Origin: Alphaproteobacteria bacterium
GTDB lineage: Bacteria; Pseudomonadota; Alphaproteobacteria; Rs-D84
DNA: 64,000 nucleotides
Reading direction: 5' to 3'
NCBI GenBank assembly: GCA_017436325.1
Contig: JAFSDI010000002.1
Location: 35,457 to 99,456, forward strand
The translations under genes and the position numbers were made by a program. Below are positions 1 to 9,731 of the stretch, piece after piece; positions within the stretch are counted from its first letter, which is position 1; each line of letters starts with the position of its first letter. The notes beneath the pieces were generated by a model that did not search any database, was not told where the DNA came from, and saw only the letters and a list, made by a program, of their open reading frames with translations.

Positions 1-408
1 ATCATAATCACTAAATATATTACCAAGACCAACTGAATAGTCATAGGGGTAAAATAATCTGTCTATCACACCTGCAATACCTGGAAAATTCGGGTCTGTA
101 TAATTTAATAATAAAAGTTCCGATATATTATCAGTTGGGATTTGTGTTGTGCCGTGGTTTTCAATAAATTCCTCGCCAAATAAAAGTTCTAAATCACCTG
201 AAATAACGTCACGATACGTCAATTCTGCCGGCGTTCCAATAATTTCTGACAAAGTTGTTAATTCACTTTTATCTGCCTTAGAATTCAGTGATTCCATTGT
301 TGCATAATCTGCGATTTTCTCGTCAAAGAACCCGCGCGAAATAATAGATGCGCCTGCACTGCCCATAAATGTAACCCCAAAAACTGCACCAAGAAAAATT
401 TTATTCAT
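1..408 (-). CDS. Secreted protein, paralog 1 of a three-member family. The N-terminal 136 aa are in the window and the C-terminus runs off the left edge. It has a signal peptide followed by the motif ASIISRGFFDEKI.
   Basis: ATG at 408..406 is preceded by AAGGAG. Translation MNKIFLGAVFGVTFMGSAGASIISRGFFDEKIADYA is homologous to the N-termini of the ORFs at 55617 and 62787. It was missing from the ORF track because no stop codon lies in the window. Confidence 0.7.
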   Translation of the reverse strand, partial: MNKIFLGAVFGVTFMGSAGASIISRGFFDEKIADYATMESLNSKADKSELTTLSEIIGTPAELTYRDVISGDLELLFGEEFIENHGTTQIPTDNISELLLLNYTDPNFPGIAGVIDRLFYPYDYSVGLGNIFSDYD

Positions 409-420
409 ATTAACTCCTTT

Positions 421-700
421 CTTTGAATATAAAAATACCGCAGTGAAAACCTGCGGTCGGGGCGTTGCTAAATCATCTTGTTATTGACCCTGTTCGCCTT
501 TAGTGAATTTCACCTATTGCATAGCGAACAGCCCCCCGACCTTTTTTTTAGTCAGGGTATTTAAAATACAGTGCAAATACAGGGATTGATTTGTCGGAAT
601 AACGACACTTAATATATGACCACATATATTTGCACCGAACAAGATAGGCCTAGCACAGCCCCGAACCGGATTCCCACCCAGTTCGATATAAATTATAACA
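421..700 (-). promoter_or_regulatory. Conserved structured 5' leader (copy 1) with an intrinsic terminator hairpin (ACCGCAG..CTGCGGT followed by a T-run) upstream of secreted paralog 1.
   Basis: The reverse complement is about 85% identical to 55336-55606, including GGTGGGAATC.GGTTCGGGGCTG, the palindrome AATATATG..CATATATT, GTCGGGGGGCTGTTCGC and the terminator. Confidence 0.6.
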
Positions 701-735
701 TATCTTACAATTTTTTGTAAATTAAATTTTATATC

Positions 736-1419
736 TTAACAATCATTTAAAAAAGCTTCACGCATAATATCGTTAATTTCTGTCATTGATAATCCTGCGC
801 CTTGCAGATAATTGATTTGCATTTTTGTTGGTTTAAAAACAGCCGCGCTATGATCTGCGACATCTGGTTCACTTGAAATACGTTGCGCTGGCAAGAATTC
901 TGTTTTTGCGCCTTGCCCCACCATTGCAACAAATGATATATCTGATTTACATGCTGGACAGTCTTTATTGATAATCGCAACACCTGATAATTTAGATTGT
1001 GCATTTTTGCCGGCAAAAAGTTTATTTTTTACAAAAATAGCCGTATTTTTATATAAATGTTTTGCCTCGCAGTAATAATCTAGCATATCAGACATATTAT
1101 TCATAAAAACATTTGCTTTTATTTCAGAATTTTTACCGGCATTTTTGATAAAAATGTTAAAAAAAGCCGGCTTTTTATTTTTTACATTAACACTAACAAT
1201 AACGTTTTGATTATCGACCCCCAGTTCGATATTCAGCCGGCATTTACCGGCAATTTCCCCAACATAAATAATATGAACAGGTAAATCATATTTTTTATTG
1301 ATTGGTTTGTTTTCAAGTGTTGATAAATCTGGACAATAAACCCCATCGCGGTAAACAATAGTTTCCGCTGGGAAAGTTTTTATGTTGAATTCGTTCCACA
1401 TGTATGACATATTAAACAC
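736..1419 (-). CDS. SufB/SufD-family protein, C-terminal domain only. It is short at 227 aa and is an orphan, with no sufB or sufC adjacent.
   Basis: The C-terminus DVADHSAAVF...INYLQGAGLSMTEINDIMREAFLN matches the SufB/D C-terminal signature (H.A..g...l.YL.sRG......ll..aF). A copy of the palindromic repeat lies in-frame inside it at 1131-1180. Confidence 0.5.
   Translation of the reverse strand: MFNMSYMWNEFNIKTFPAETIVYRDGVYCPDLSTLENKPINKKYDLPVHIIYVGEIAGKCRLNIELGVDNQNVIVSVNVKNKKPAFFNIFIKNAGKNSEIKANVFMNNMSDMLDYYCEAKHLYKNTAIFVKNKLFAGKNAQSKLSGVAIINKDCPACKSDISFVAMVGQGAKTEFLPAQRISSEPDVADHSAAVFKPTKMQINYLQGAGLSMTEINDIMREAFLNDC
1131..1180. repeat. Palindromic repeat element, copy A (TACCGGCATTTTTGATAAAAATGTTAAAAAAAGCCGGC), lying in-frame inside the sufD-like CDS.
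   Basis: It has the same inverted-repeat core as the intergenic copies at 2534, 14741, 56206 and 58128. On the minus strand it is translated as ...KKPAFFNIFIKNAGKN.... Confidence 0.6.
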
Positions 1420-1437
1420 ATTATAAAGGATTTTAAT

Positions 1438-2517
1438 ATGGGATTCAACTGTGGTATTGTTGGTCTGCCAAATGTTGGTAAATCAACGTTATTTAATGCA
1501 TTAACACAAAGCGCGGCTGCAGATGCGCAAAATTATCCATTTTGTACTATTGAACCGAATACTGGTCGTGTTGTTGTGCCGGATGAAACATTGCATGCGC
1601 TTGCACGTGTTGCGGGCTCACAAAAAATTATTCCCACTCAGCTAGAGATTGTAGATATCGCAGGTCTTGTCAAAGGTGCATCAAGTGGCGAAGGTCTTGG
1701 GAATAAATTTTTGGGTAATATATTATCAACAGATGCGATAATTCATGTTGTACGTTGTTTTGAAAATGACGATATTGTCCATGTAAATGGCCGTATAGAC
1801 CCACTTGGTGATATTGAAACGATTGAAACAGAATTAATGTTGGCTGATATTGAAAGCCTGGAAAGACAGATAAAAAATCTTGAAAAAAAAGCACGTGGTC
1901 TGGATAAAGACGCAGCCAAATTATTATCAGATGCGATTACGATAAAAACAAATCTTGAAAAATCGATTCCTGCGCGCAATTGTGATACAGATGCCACACC
2001 ATTTAATTTATTAACATCAAAACCTGTAATATATGTATGCAATGTCGAAGAATCCGCCGCCGCCACAGGTAACAAGTATTCAGATATGGTTGTTGAAAAA
2101 TTCGGCAGTATTGCAGATGTTTTGATTATATCATCAAAGATAGAGATGGAAATTTCACAAATCATAGATATTGATGAACGCAAAATGTTTCTTGATGACC
2201 TTGGCTTAAAAGAATCTGGCTTAGATAAGGTTATCAAGACAGGTTACAAAACACTTGGGTTACAAACATATTACACAATTGGGCCAAAAGAAGCACATGC
2301 ATGGACAATAACTGTTGGAATGACTGCACCACAAGCCGCCGGTAAAATCCATACAGATTTTGAGCGTGGCTTTATCCGTGCAGAAATTATATCGCCATCA
2401 GATTTTATATCACTTGGTGGCGAAGTTGCAGTCAAAGAAGCGGGAAAAATGCGTCTTGTTGGTCGTGATTATATTATGAATAATGGCGACATATGTCATT
2501 TCTTATTCAATACTTAA
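1438..2517 (+). CDS. ychF: Ribosome-binding ATPase YchF (Obg-family GTPase).
   Basis: The G1 motif GLPNVGKST is present, and the protein has YchF length and a TGS-like C-terminus. Confidence 0.9.
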   Translation: MGFNCGIVGLPNVGKSTLFNALTQSAAADAQNYPFCTIEPNTGRVVVPDETLHALARVAGSQKIIPTQLEIVDIAGLVKGASSGEGLGNKFLGNILSTDAIIHVVRCFENDDIVHVNGRIDPLGDIETIETELMLADIESLERQIKNLEKKARGLDKDAAKLLSDAITIKTNLEKSIPARNCDTDATPFNLLTSKPVIYVCNVEESAAATGNKYSDMVVEKFGSIADVLIISSKIEMEISQIIDIDERKMFLDDLGLKESGLDKVIKTGYKTLGLQTYYTIGPKEAHAWTITVGMTAPQAAGKIHTDFERGFIRAEIISPSDFISLGGEVAVKEAGKMRLVGRDYIMNNGDICHFLFNT

Positions 2518-2533
2518 TCGATTTATCTTTTTA

Positions 2534-2585
2534 TAAAAATACCGGCTTTTTTAATAAAAATGTTAAAAAAAGCCGGTATTTTATT
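2534..2585. repeat. Palindromic repeat element, copy B (ATACCGGCTTTTTTAATAAAAATGTTAAAAAAAGCCGGTAT). It sits between the convergent ychF and pheT genes and could act as a bidirectional terminator.
   Basis: A perfect inverted repeat of about 17 bp is flanked by T/A runs. Confidence 0.7.
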
Positions 2586-2591
2586 TTTCTT

Positions 2592-4895
2592 TTATTTATC
2601 CCTAATACGGGCATTACATTTATTTTCAACCACATTAATTATATTCGTCTGTAATTCTTGTAATGCGACATCAGACATATTATCTGTTGGTTGTATTGTT
2701 ATTGTAAATGCGATTGATTTTTGTCCATCACCCATATCAAAAGCATCAAACACAACTATATTTGTTATACGATTATCAACAGACTTTGCAACAGATATTA
2801 ATTTATCTGCAGGCATATCAGAATCTGTGATAAATGCAAAATCGCGTGTGATTGGTTGATATTCAGACAAAGTGATATTTTTTGTATATTTTGCTTTTGG
2901 TATATTTAAAATATTATCAACAATTGCAATAACGACATTATTTTTTATATGCATTTTTTTTGCGACTGATGGGTGTAATTGTCCGAATTCTGCAATTTTC
3001 TTTTTACCTTGCATCAGTGCACCATATCGATATGGGTGCGCCCACAACGGTGTATTTTCTGTTGATATTGTAAAATTCTGACCTTTAAACAAAGAAATCA
3101 AGTCTGCTTTTACATCATAAATATCTATATCGCGATTACGTTTTGACCAATGGCGTGGTGCGTTCAAACCGCTGCGAACAATACATACAGATGTATGTTG
3201 TTGTTTTGGCATACTGCCATCGAATACTGTTCCTAATTCAAACAATGCCAGATTTGGATAACCGCGTTTTTCGTTATTAGAAACCGCAGTTAACAAACCA
3301 TACAGTAATCCATTACGCAATGTATCAAGGTCGGCGGTAATTGGATTAGCAATTTTTACAATTTCTTTATCGGACAAGATTTGTTCAATCTTTGAATTAC
3401 CGAATCCAAAAGAACGACACTCATTCAATCCGCGTGCCACCAACGTATGCTTAATATTTATTTCGTGTTCATTATGCGGGCGTGCAGTACCAGTTGTATG
3501 TTTACAAGATGTTGCTATATTTTCATATCCATAAATACGAATTAAATCTGCGACAATTGTTTCTGGTATTTTCACATCAACACGTGCGGGCATTGGTACA
3601 ACAACCCAGTCTTTATTTTTATAGTCGACTTGATACCCCAGTGCAACAAGAATATCACGTTGTATATCTTGTGCGATATCGATACCTGTTTTTTTCATAC
3701 ATAAATCAGGATTATATTTTAAAACGGTACTTGCAGTAATATCTGTACCGGCTGCAAAAGCAGATGTAACAACACCACCGCATTGTGCAGTAATAATATC
3801 CAATGCATACATTGCGGCATACCCTGTCATTGTTGGGTCAATACCGCGTTCATATCTGTATGATGCATCTGTTGATAACCCCAGTCTTTTTGCGGATTTG
3901 CGGACAGAAACAGGGTCAAAATAAGCAGATTCTAAAATAATATTTTTAGTTTTTTCTGTTGTTGCAGCGCGTGCGCCACCAATAACACCGGCCAGTGCCA
4001 GTATACCTGTTTCATCAGCAATGACCATATCGTTTTCTGTTAAAGTATGTTCATTACCAAACAAGTCTGTAAATTTTTCATCAGGCTCTGCCATACGAAC
4101 GATAATATTGCCATTTACTTCATCTGCATCAAAACAATGCATTGGTTGTCCTATATCAAAGCAAACATAATTTGTCGCATCAATTGGTGCATTCTTAGGA
4201 TTAATACCGATTGCTTTCAGTCGTGATGCGATTTTTAAATTACTTGGATTAATGGTTATATTACGAAGTTCTATCATTTTATAAGTTGGGCATTTATCTG
4301 TTTGCAATATAACATGACGTGAACCATCCACAGGAATAAATTCTTTGTCTGTATGTTCAATATATTGCCCAATACCAGTTGCAGATAAATCACGTGCGAT
4401 ACCACGTACTGCCAAATAATCAGGACGATTTGGTGTGATTCCCGCATCAAAAACAATCTTAGAATTAACAACATCGGAACCGATTTTGGTATTTTCAGGC
4501 AATTCTATAATACCACTGTGGTCATCACTAATCCCCAGTTCACGTGCGCTGCACATCATACCATCAGACAAAACGCCACGCAATTTACCCGAAGTAATTT
4601 CATTTCCATCTATGATACAACCTGGGGTTGCCAGTGCAGAAATTAAACCGACACGTGCATTTGGTGCGCCACATACGACCTGACGCAGTACACCTGTACC
4701 ATCATCGACACGTAAAACGTGCAGATGGTCGCTATTTTCGTGTGGTGTGCATTCTACAATACGCGCTGCAACTGGTGATTTTGGGGATTGTAAATCTTCA
4801 ACTTCTAAACCTATACGTGTCAGTGTATTTGCAATATCGTCTGCAGATGCATTTGTTTTTAAATATTCCATTAACCAATCATAAGTCCATTTCAT
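2592..4895 (-). CDS. pheT: Phenylalanine--tRNA ligase beta subunit.
   Basis: 767 aa. It has a tRNA-binding N-terminus, B3/4 and B5 domains and a C-terminal anticodon-binding domain. It lies directly downstream of pheS. Confidence 0.9.
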   Translation of the reverse strand: MKWTYDWLMEYLKTNASADDIANTLTRIGLEVEDLQSPKSPVAARIVECTPHENSDHLHVLRVDDGTGVLRQVVCGAPNARVGLISALATPGCIIDGNEITSGKLRGVLSDGMMCSARELGISDDHSGIIELPENTKIGSDVVNSKIVFDAGITPNRPDYLAVRGIARDLSATGIGQYIEHTDKEFIPVDGSRHVILQTDKCPTYKMIELRNITINPSNLKIASRLKAIGINPKNAPIDATNYVCFDIGQPMHCFDADEVNGNIIVRMAEPDEKFTDLFGNEHTLTENDMVIADETGILALAGVIGGARAATTEKTKNIILESAYFDPVSVRKSAKRLGLSTDASYRYERGIDPTMTGYAAMYALDIITAQCGGVVTSAFAAGTDITASTVLKYNPDLCMKKTGIDIAQDIQRDILVALGYQVDYKNKDWVVVPMPARVDVKIPETIVADLIRIYGYENIATSCKHTTGTARPHNEHEINIKHTLVARGLNECRSFGFGNSKIEQILSDKEIVKIANPITADLDTLRNGLLYGLLTAVSNNEKRGYPNLALFELGTVFDGSMPKQQHTSVCIVRSGLNAPRHWSKRNRDIDIYDVKADLISLFKGQNFTISTENTPLWAHPYRYGALMQGKKKIAEFGQLHPSVAKKMHIKNNVVIAIVDNILNIPKAKYTKNITLSEYQPITRDFAFITDSDMPADKLISVAKSVDNRITNIVVFDAFDMGDGQKSIAFTITIQPTDNMSDVALQELQTNIINVVENKCNARIRDK

Positions 4896-4910
4896 TTTAA
4901 ATCCCCTGTA

Positions 4911-5864
4911 TTAAAAACCAGCTTTTGTTAACCAACGAACATCATTGTCGTAAAATTGTCTAATATCATTCAGATTGTACTTCAGCATTGCAAGTCTATC
5001 CCAACCGAAACCAAATGCGAATCCTTGGTATTCATCTGGGTTAATACCGCAATTAACCAAGACGTTTGGATGAACCATACCTGCGCCCATAATTTCTAAC
5101 CATCGTCCATTTTTCCATTTTAAATCAACCTCTATTGATGGGTCTGTAAAAGGGAAATAAGACGGACGTATACGCAATTCAACATCATCTATTTCAAAGA
5201 AACGCTTTAAGAATGCGCGAATATCACCGATTAAATCAGACATCGTTATATTTTTATTGATATAAAGTCCTTCGATTTGACCGAACATAGGACTGTGTGT
5301 TGCGTCCATTTCTTTGCGATATGTTGAACCGACACCAAACATTTTAATTGGGACACCATCTGCCTCCATTGCGCGTATTTGGATTGCGGATGTTTGTGTA
5401 CGCAGAACATTACCGTCTTGCAGAAAGAAACTATCTTGCATATCGCGTGCAGGATGATAAGACGGTGTATTCAAAGCAGTAAAATTATGCCAATCATCTT
5501 CGACTTCTGGTCCTGTATACATTGTGTATCCAAAAGATTCCAGAATCTTAGAAATTTCAATCAGACTTTGTGTCAAAGGATGTAAAGTGCCACGATTTTC
5601 AGGCAAAGGATTTAGTGAAACATCTAATTTTTGTTTTTCCAAAGAAGCCATTAAAACAGCATTTTCTATTTCCGTTTGTTTTGTTTTAAATAATTCGCGC
5701 AGTGTTGTATTTTCTGTATTTAATGCAGCACGTGCATCATTATCCAGATTTTTCATTTCTTTTAAACGTGCAGTCATAGTACCGTTTTTTCCAAAGGTTT
5801 CGGTATACAGTGCCTGAAGTTCTTCCAGTGTTTGTGTATTTTTAATTTTATCTTGCATAATCAT
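4911..5864 (-). CDS. pheS: Phenylalanine--tRNA ligase alpha subunit.
   Basis: 317 aa with class II aaRS motifs (FRPSYFPFTDPS, GFAFGFGWDRLAM). Confidence 0.92.
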   Translation of the reverse strand: MIMQDKIKNTQTLEELQALYTETFGKNGTMTARLKEMKNLDNDARAALNTENTTLRELFKTKQTEIENAVLMASLEKQKLDVSLNPLPENRGTLHPLTQSLIEISKILESFGYTMYTGPEVEDDWHNFTALNTPSYHPARDMQDSFFLQDGNVLRTQTSAIQIRAMEADGVPIKMFGVGSTYRKEMDATHSPMFGQIEGLYINKNITMSDLIGDIRAFLKRFFEIDDVELRIRPSYFPFTDPSIEVDLKWKNGRWLEIMGAGMVHPNVLVNCGINPDEYQGFAFGFGWDRLAMLKYNLNDIRQFYDNDVRWLTKAGF

Positions 5865-5892
5865 ACTACCTTTCAGATGTTTTATTTAAACA

Positions 5893-5916
5893 AAAGCCGT
5901 CATCAGACGGCTTTTA
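5893..5916 (-). terminator. Hairpin with a T-tract between rplT and pheS. It is a candidate attenuator or terminator.
   Basis: AAAGCCGTC-ATCAG-ACGGCTTT. Confidence 0.45.
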
Positions 5917-5949
5917 TTATTACAAAAGATATACCCCGCCGACAAGGTA

Positions 5950-6318
5950 TTATTTTCCTTCGGCGTTGTTAAATCGTTTTGCTGTATCAACCAATTTTAC
6001 GAAATTAGCATCGCCAGCATATGCCATTTCGGCCAAAACCTTGCGGTCAAGTGCGATACCTGCTTTCTTTAAACCATTCATAAATTGGCTGTAAGTCATA
6101 CCATTTGCACGTACAGCGGCATTGATACGAACAATCCACAAACCACGAAATTCACGTTTTTTAACGCGGCGGTCGCGATATGCATACTGTCCTGCTTTTT
6201 CTGTTTTTTCACGTGCAGCGCGATATGTTGAATGATGACGGCCCAAATAACCTTTGGCACGCGCCAAAATCTTGTTATGTTTTTGTTTAACGGTTGTTCC
6301 GCGTTTTACTCTTGCCAT
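5950..6318 (-). CDS. rplT: 50S ribosomal protein L20.
   Basis: The N-terminus [18 protein letters not shown] is typical of L20. Confidence 0.93.
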   Translation of the reverse strand: MARVKRGTTVKQKHNKILARAKGYLGRHHSTYRAAREKTEKAGQYAYRDRRVKKREFRGLWIVRINAAVRANGMTYSQFMNGLKKAGIALDRKVLAEMAYAGDANFVKLVDTAKRFNNAEGK

Positions 6319-6335
6319 GACTTATACCCTCTTGC

Positions 6336-6539
6336 TTATTTCAAACCATATGGGGCCAGAATTTTTGCCTGTCCAACCATATTATCATTTAAATATTGTG
6401 GCTTTGCACCTGCCTTGTTTGCACGGGCAGATTTTTTGCGAAGCAGTTTTTTATGAGAGTTGCGGGCAACACGAATTTTGCCAGTCGCAGTCATAGACGC
6501 ACGCTTTTTTAAGTACGACTTTGTTTTTAATTTTGGCAT
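6336..6539 (-). CDS. rpmI: 50S ribosomal protein L35.
   Basis: MPKLKTKS.... The start was moved to the internal Met, because the ORF-track extension overlaps mreC. No infC lies upstream. Confidence 0.85.
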   Translation of the reverse strand: MPKLKTKSYLKKRASMTATGKIRVARNSHKKLLRKKSARANKAGAKPQYLNDNMVGQAKILAPYGLK

Positions 6540-6661
6540 TTTATTTCCTTTTGATTTTATTGTTTTTTTTACATCTGATGGCAATGCCTGCCACTTTGAC
6601 TGACTTTTATTTTGACATAAATAAAGGAAAAATCAAGTTTTTATTGAATATCTATGTTTTT

Positions 6662-7504
6662 ATGTCTAAAGTATGCGCGATGAAACAGACCAAAACATCT
6701 TCCAAGGTATATCCATTAATACGTGCTGTTGCGACTGCATCGGTATTGCCTGTATTATTTATATACATTATGATTGCAAAGCCTGATTACAGAATTATGA
6801 ATGCGTTGGCACATATTGTTATTCCTGTTGCGCATACGATTGGTGATATTGTTACATGGCCAATACGTGCGGTTGGTCGCGCAATTGATAGTGTGGCAGA
6901 AATTTCGAATTTACGCAGTGAAAATGAAGAATTACGCATCAGGCTGGAACAGGCTTTATCTGATAAAGCAATGTGTGATGTTGTGATTTTAGAAAATAAA
7001 AAGTTAAATCGTGAACTTGATGTAAAAAATGCCCAGCCACGTGATGTGGTAATTGCGGACATTATTCATGATAACAGTGCGATTGGTCATAATACATTTA
7101 TTATCAATCGTGGTGTCAAAGATGGCATAGAAACTGGTATGGTTGTTGCGAATACAGATATGATAATGGCGGGTGTTGTTATTGATGTTGGTACAAATTT
7201 TTCACGGGTGCGCGCATTGACGGATTCTGATACTAATATTGCGGTTCGTGTTGTTGGGTCAGAGGTTTATGGTTTTATGACCGGCAATGGTTCGCGTTAT
7301 CCAACGATGGGTTTTTTTAGTGATCCAAAATTTCAACCAACCAAAGGTTTAAAATTAATAACCAGTAATATTTCTGGGGTATTACCTGCGGGCTTAATTG
7401 TTGGTGATATGATAGATGAAACAGATGTTAACGTTGTATCACCTGGTCAATTATCGCGTGTTATGGTACTAAAATTTGATACAACAGAAAACGAATATAA
7501 ATGA
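6662..7504 (+). CDS. mreC: Rod shape-determining protein MreC.
   Basis: An N-terminal transmembrane segment and a coiled coil (LRSENEELRIRLE) are followed by a beta-domain ending GVLPAGLIVGDM. The start was chosen at an internal ATG (6662, or possibly 6680) and is uncertain. Confidence 0.75.
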   Translation: MSKVCAMKQTKTSSKVYPLIRAVATASVLPVLFIYIMIAKPDYRIMNALAHIVIPVAHTIGDIVTWPIRAVGRAIDSVAEISNLRSENEELRIRLEQALSDKAMCDVVILENKKLNRELDVKNAQPRDVVIADIIHDNSAIGHNTFIINRGVKDGIETGMVVANTDMIMAGVVIDVGTNFSRVRALTDSDTNIAVRVVGSEVYGFMTGNGSRYPTMGFFSDPKFQPTKGLKLITSNISGVLPAGLIVGDMIDETDVNVVSPGQLSRVMVLKFDTTENEYK

Positions 7505-7953
7505 AAACAAAAATTATTATTTTTTTAAGACATATATTTCCTTTTCTTTTGACACTAGGACTGTGGCGTTTATCAGACAGTTTTTGGAATCCTGCGGGTA
7601 TATTGGCAATAATACCGATATTTTACTGTTCGTTTGTACGTTCTATTGATTGGTTTCCATTATTTTCTATTTTGATGTGTATTGCATTAGACTATAATTT
7701 TGAAACTGTATGTTATTGGTTGGCTATATATTGTCTGTTTTATTCGATTAACAGTTTTCAAAATATTATTGATATAACAAGTATGGAAAAAAATGGTATA
7801 TATGCATTTATGTTTTTTATAGGTTTATCTATACTTATTCAGGTCTGCACAAACTTTACAATAACAAATATTATTTCAGGTTTGCTTATATTTATCTGGT
7901 GCAGTATATTATATATACCGACAACTGTATTAATCCAAAGGATACAAGAATGA
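7501..7953 (+). CDS. mreD: Rod shape-determining protein MreD (polytopic membrane protein).
   Basis: A 150-aa hydrophobic protein lying between mreC and mrdA. Confidence 0.55.
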   Translation: MKTKIIIFLRHIFPFLLTLGLWRLSDSFWNPAGILAIIPIFYCSFVRSIDWFPLFSILMCIALDYNFETVCYWLAIYCLFYSINSFQNIIDITSMEKNGIYAFMFFIGLSILIQVCTNFTITNIISGLLIFIWCSILYIPTTVLIQRIQE

Positions 7954-9725
7954 TTGATACAGAAGTTTCACGTACATTTGATAGGCGCAGTGCTTTATTT
8001 TTGACTGCTGGTGCGGTATTAACATCTGCGCTGGTATTGCGTATGTTGCAAATGCAGTTGTTTAATTATCAAGATTATAAACAAAAAAGCGAGAATAATT
8101 CATTTCGTATACAAATAAATATGCCTGAACGTGGCAAGATTTTATCGCGCACAAAAACACCGATATCACATGACGAAGCGATATACAGAATTTATATAAT
8201 TCCAGAAGAAGCAACAGATATAGATTTATTGTTAAATGAAATACAGCAAGTATTAAACATAAAAGCGAAGAAAATAAATAAAATCAAGGCAAAAATAAAA
8301 AAACAAATGAAGTTTCAACCTGTATTAGTCAGTGAAAATACAGATTGGAAAACCTTGGCGAAATTGCAGGCAAAAAACCTTAAAGGCTTACATGTTGAAA
8401 ACGGTTATGCCAGAATATATGAAATGGGGCCTGCGGGTGCTCAGATATTTGGTTATGTTGGCGAACCGTCAAAGCCTGTTGCGAATACACCTTTTTTAAC
8501 AACTGGTATTACGGGGTTGGAAAAACGTTTTAATGATGATATGAAAGGTTTGTCTGGTCAAACTGTGATGATAACGAATGCGGTTGGTCGCGTTATTGGC
8601 GAAGATAAAACTCAATTTATATCGCCGACTGTTGGTGGAAATGTTCAAACAACAATCAGTAATCGTATACAACGCGTATTGTATGATGCACTTACCGAGC
8701 ATCGTTCTGGTTGTGGTGTTGTTCTTGACATAAATACAGGTGATATTTTGGCGATGGTTTCTGTACCTAGTTTTGACCCAAATATGTTTCGTGAATACGA
8801 TGGTGAAGAATATATAGATACACTACGTCAAGATATCGCAAAACCATTTATGAACAAAGCGGTCGAAGGATTATATCCCCCCGGTTCAACATTCAAGATA
8901 GTTGTTGCCTTGGCTGCATTAGAATCGGGCGCAGTAACAGAAAAAGAAAAAATATTTTGTCCAGGGCATTGGGACTATGGCGACAGAAGATATCATTGCT
9001 GGGACCATCAGGGGCATGGCAAGGTAAATCTGGTTGATGCGTTAAAGCATTCGTGTGACATTTATTTTTATCAAATTGCATTACGAATTGGTATAGATTC
9101 GATAAAAGAAATGGCGTTAAAACTTGGGTTACAAGAAAAATATATGGATGATATAATTGCGCGTGAAATGTCTGGTGTAATTCCGGACAGGTATTGGAAA
9201 GAAAAGAACATTGGTTACAGGTGGGTACATGGTGATACAGTTATATCTGGTATTGGCCAGGGATTTATATTAACAAATTGTTTACAGTTGGCGGTTATGA
9301 TGGCGCGAACCGCATCAAATAAACAGGTTGTTCCACGTCTGATTATGGATGGGCCAAGTCCTGTATTCAAGACATTAGGATTGCAAAGCAAAAATCTTAA
9401 AACGGTTCTCAAAGGATTAGAACAAGTGACAAAAAAAGGCGGTACAGCTGCAGGCAGTGCGATAAATATAGACGGCAAGAAAATGGGGGGTAAAACAGGT
9501 ACATCACAGGTTCGTAGTATTTCAAAGAAAGAACGCGAAAGTGGTGTTTTAACTAACGAACAATTAAAATGGCATATGCGTAATCATGGGTTGTTTGTTG
9601 GCTATGCACCAACTGACAATCCGCGATATGCGGTCTGCGTTATTACAGAACACGCTGGTGGCAGTGGGCCTGCAGCAAAAACAACAGCCAAGGTTATAAG
9701 TGAACTTTTAAAATATGGAATATAA
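7950..9725 (+). CDS. mrdA: Penicillin-binding protein 2 (peptidoglycan D,D-transpeptidase MrdA).
   Basis: The motifs STFK and KTGT are present. The start overlaps the mreD stop as ATGA. Confidence 0.88.
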   Translation: MIDTEVSRTFDRRSALFLTAGAVLTSALVLRMLQMQLFNYQDYKQKSENNSFRIQINMPERGKILSRTKTPISHDEAIYRIYIIPEEATDIDLLLNEIQQVLNIKAKKINKIKAKIKKQMKFQPVLVSENTDWKTLAKLQAKNLKGLHVENGYARIYEMGPAGAQIFGYVGEPSKPVANTPFLTTGITGLEKRFNDDMKGLSGQTVMITNAVGRVIGEDKTQFISPTVGGNVQTTISNRIQRVLYDALTEHRSGCGVVLDINTGDILAMVSVPSFDPNMFREYDGEEYIDTLRQDIAKPFMNKAVEGLYPPGSTFKIVVALAALESGAVTEKEKIFCPGHWDYGDRRYHCWDHQGHGKVNLVDALKHSCDIYFYQIALRIGIDSIKEMALKLGLQEKYMDDIIAREMSGVIPDRYWKEKNIGYRWVHGDTVISGIGQGFILTNCLQLAVMMARTASNKQVVPRLIMDGPSPVFKTLGLQSKNLKTVLKGLEQVTKKGGTAAGSAINIDGKKMGGKTGTSQVRSISKKERESGVLTNEQLKWHMRNHGLFVGYAPTDNPRYAVCVITEHAGGSGPAAKTTAKVISELLKYGI

Positions 9726-9731
9726 CATAAA

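Noticed and set aside
2560-3081. ORFs of 99 and 69 aa antisense to pheT.
   Set aside because: They are opposite-strand shadows of a strongly supported gene, with hydrophobic low-complexity translations.
6540-6584. A 15-codon N-terminal extension on rpmI.
   Set aside because: The canonical L35 N-terminus MPKLKTK starts at the internal Met, and the extension overlaps the mreC region.
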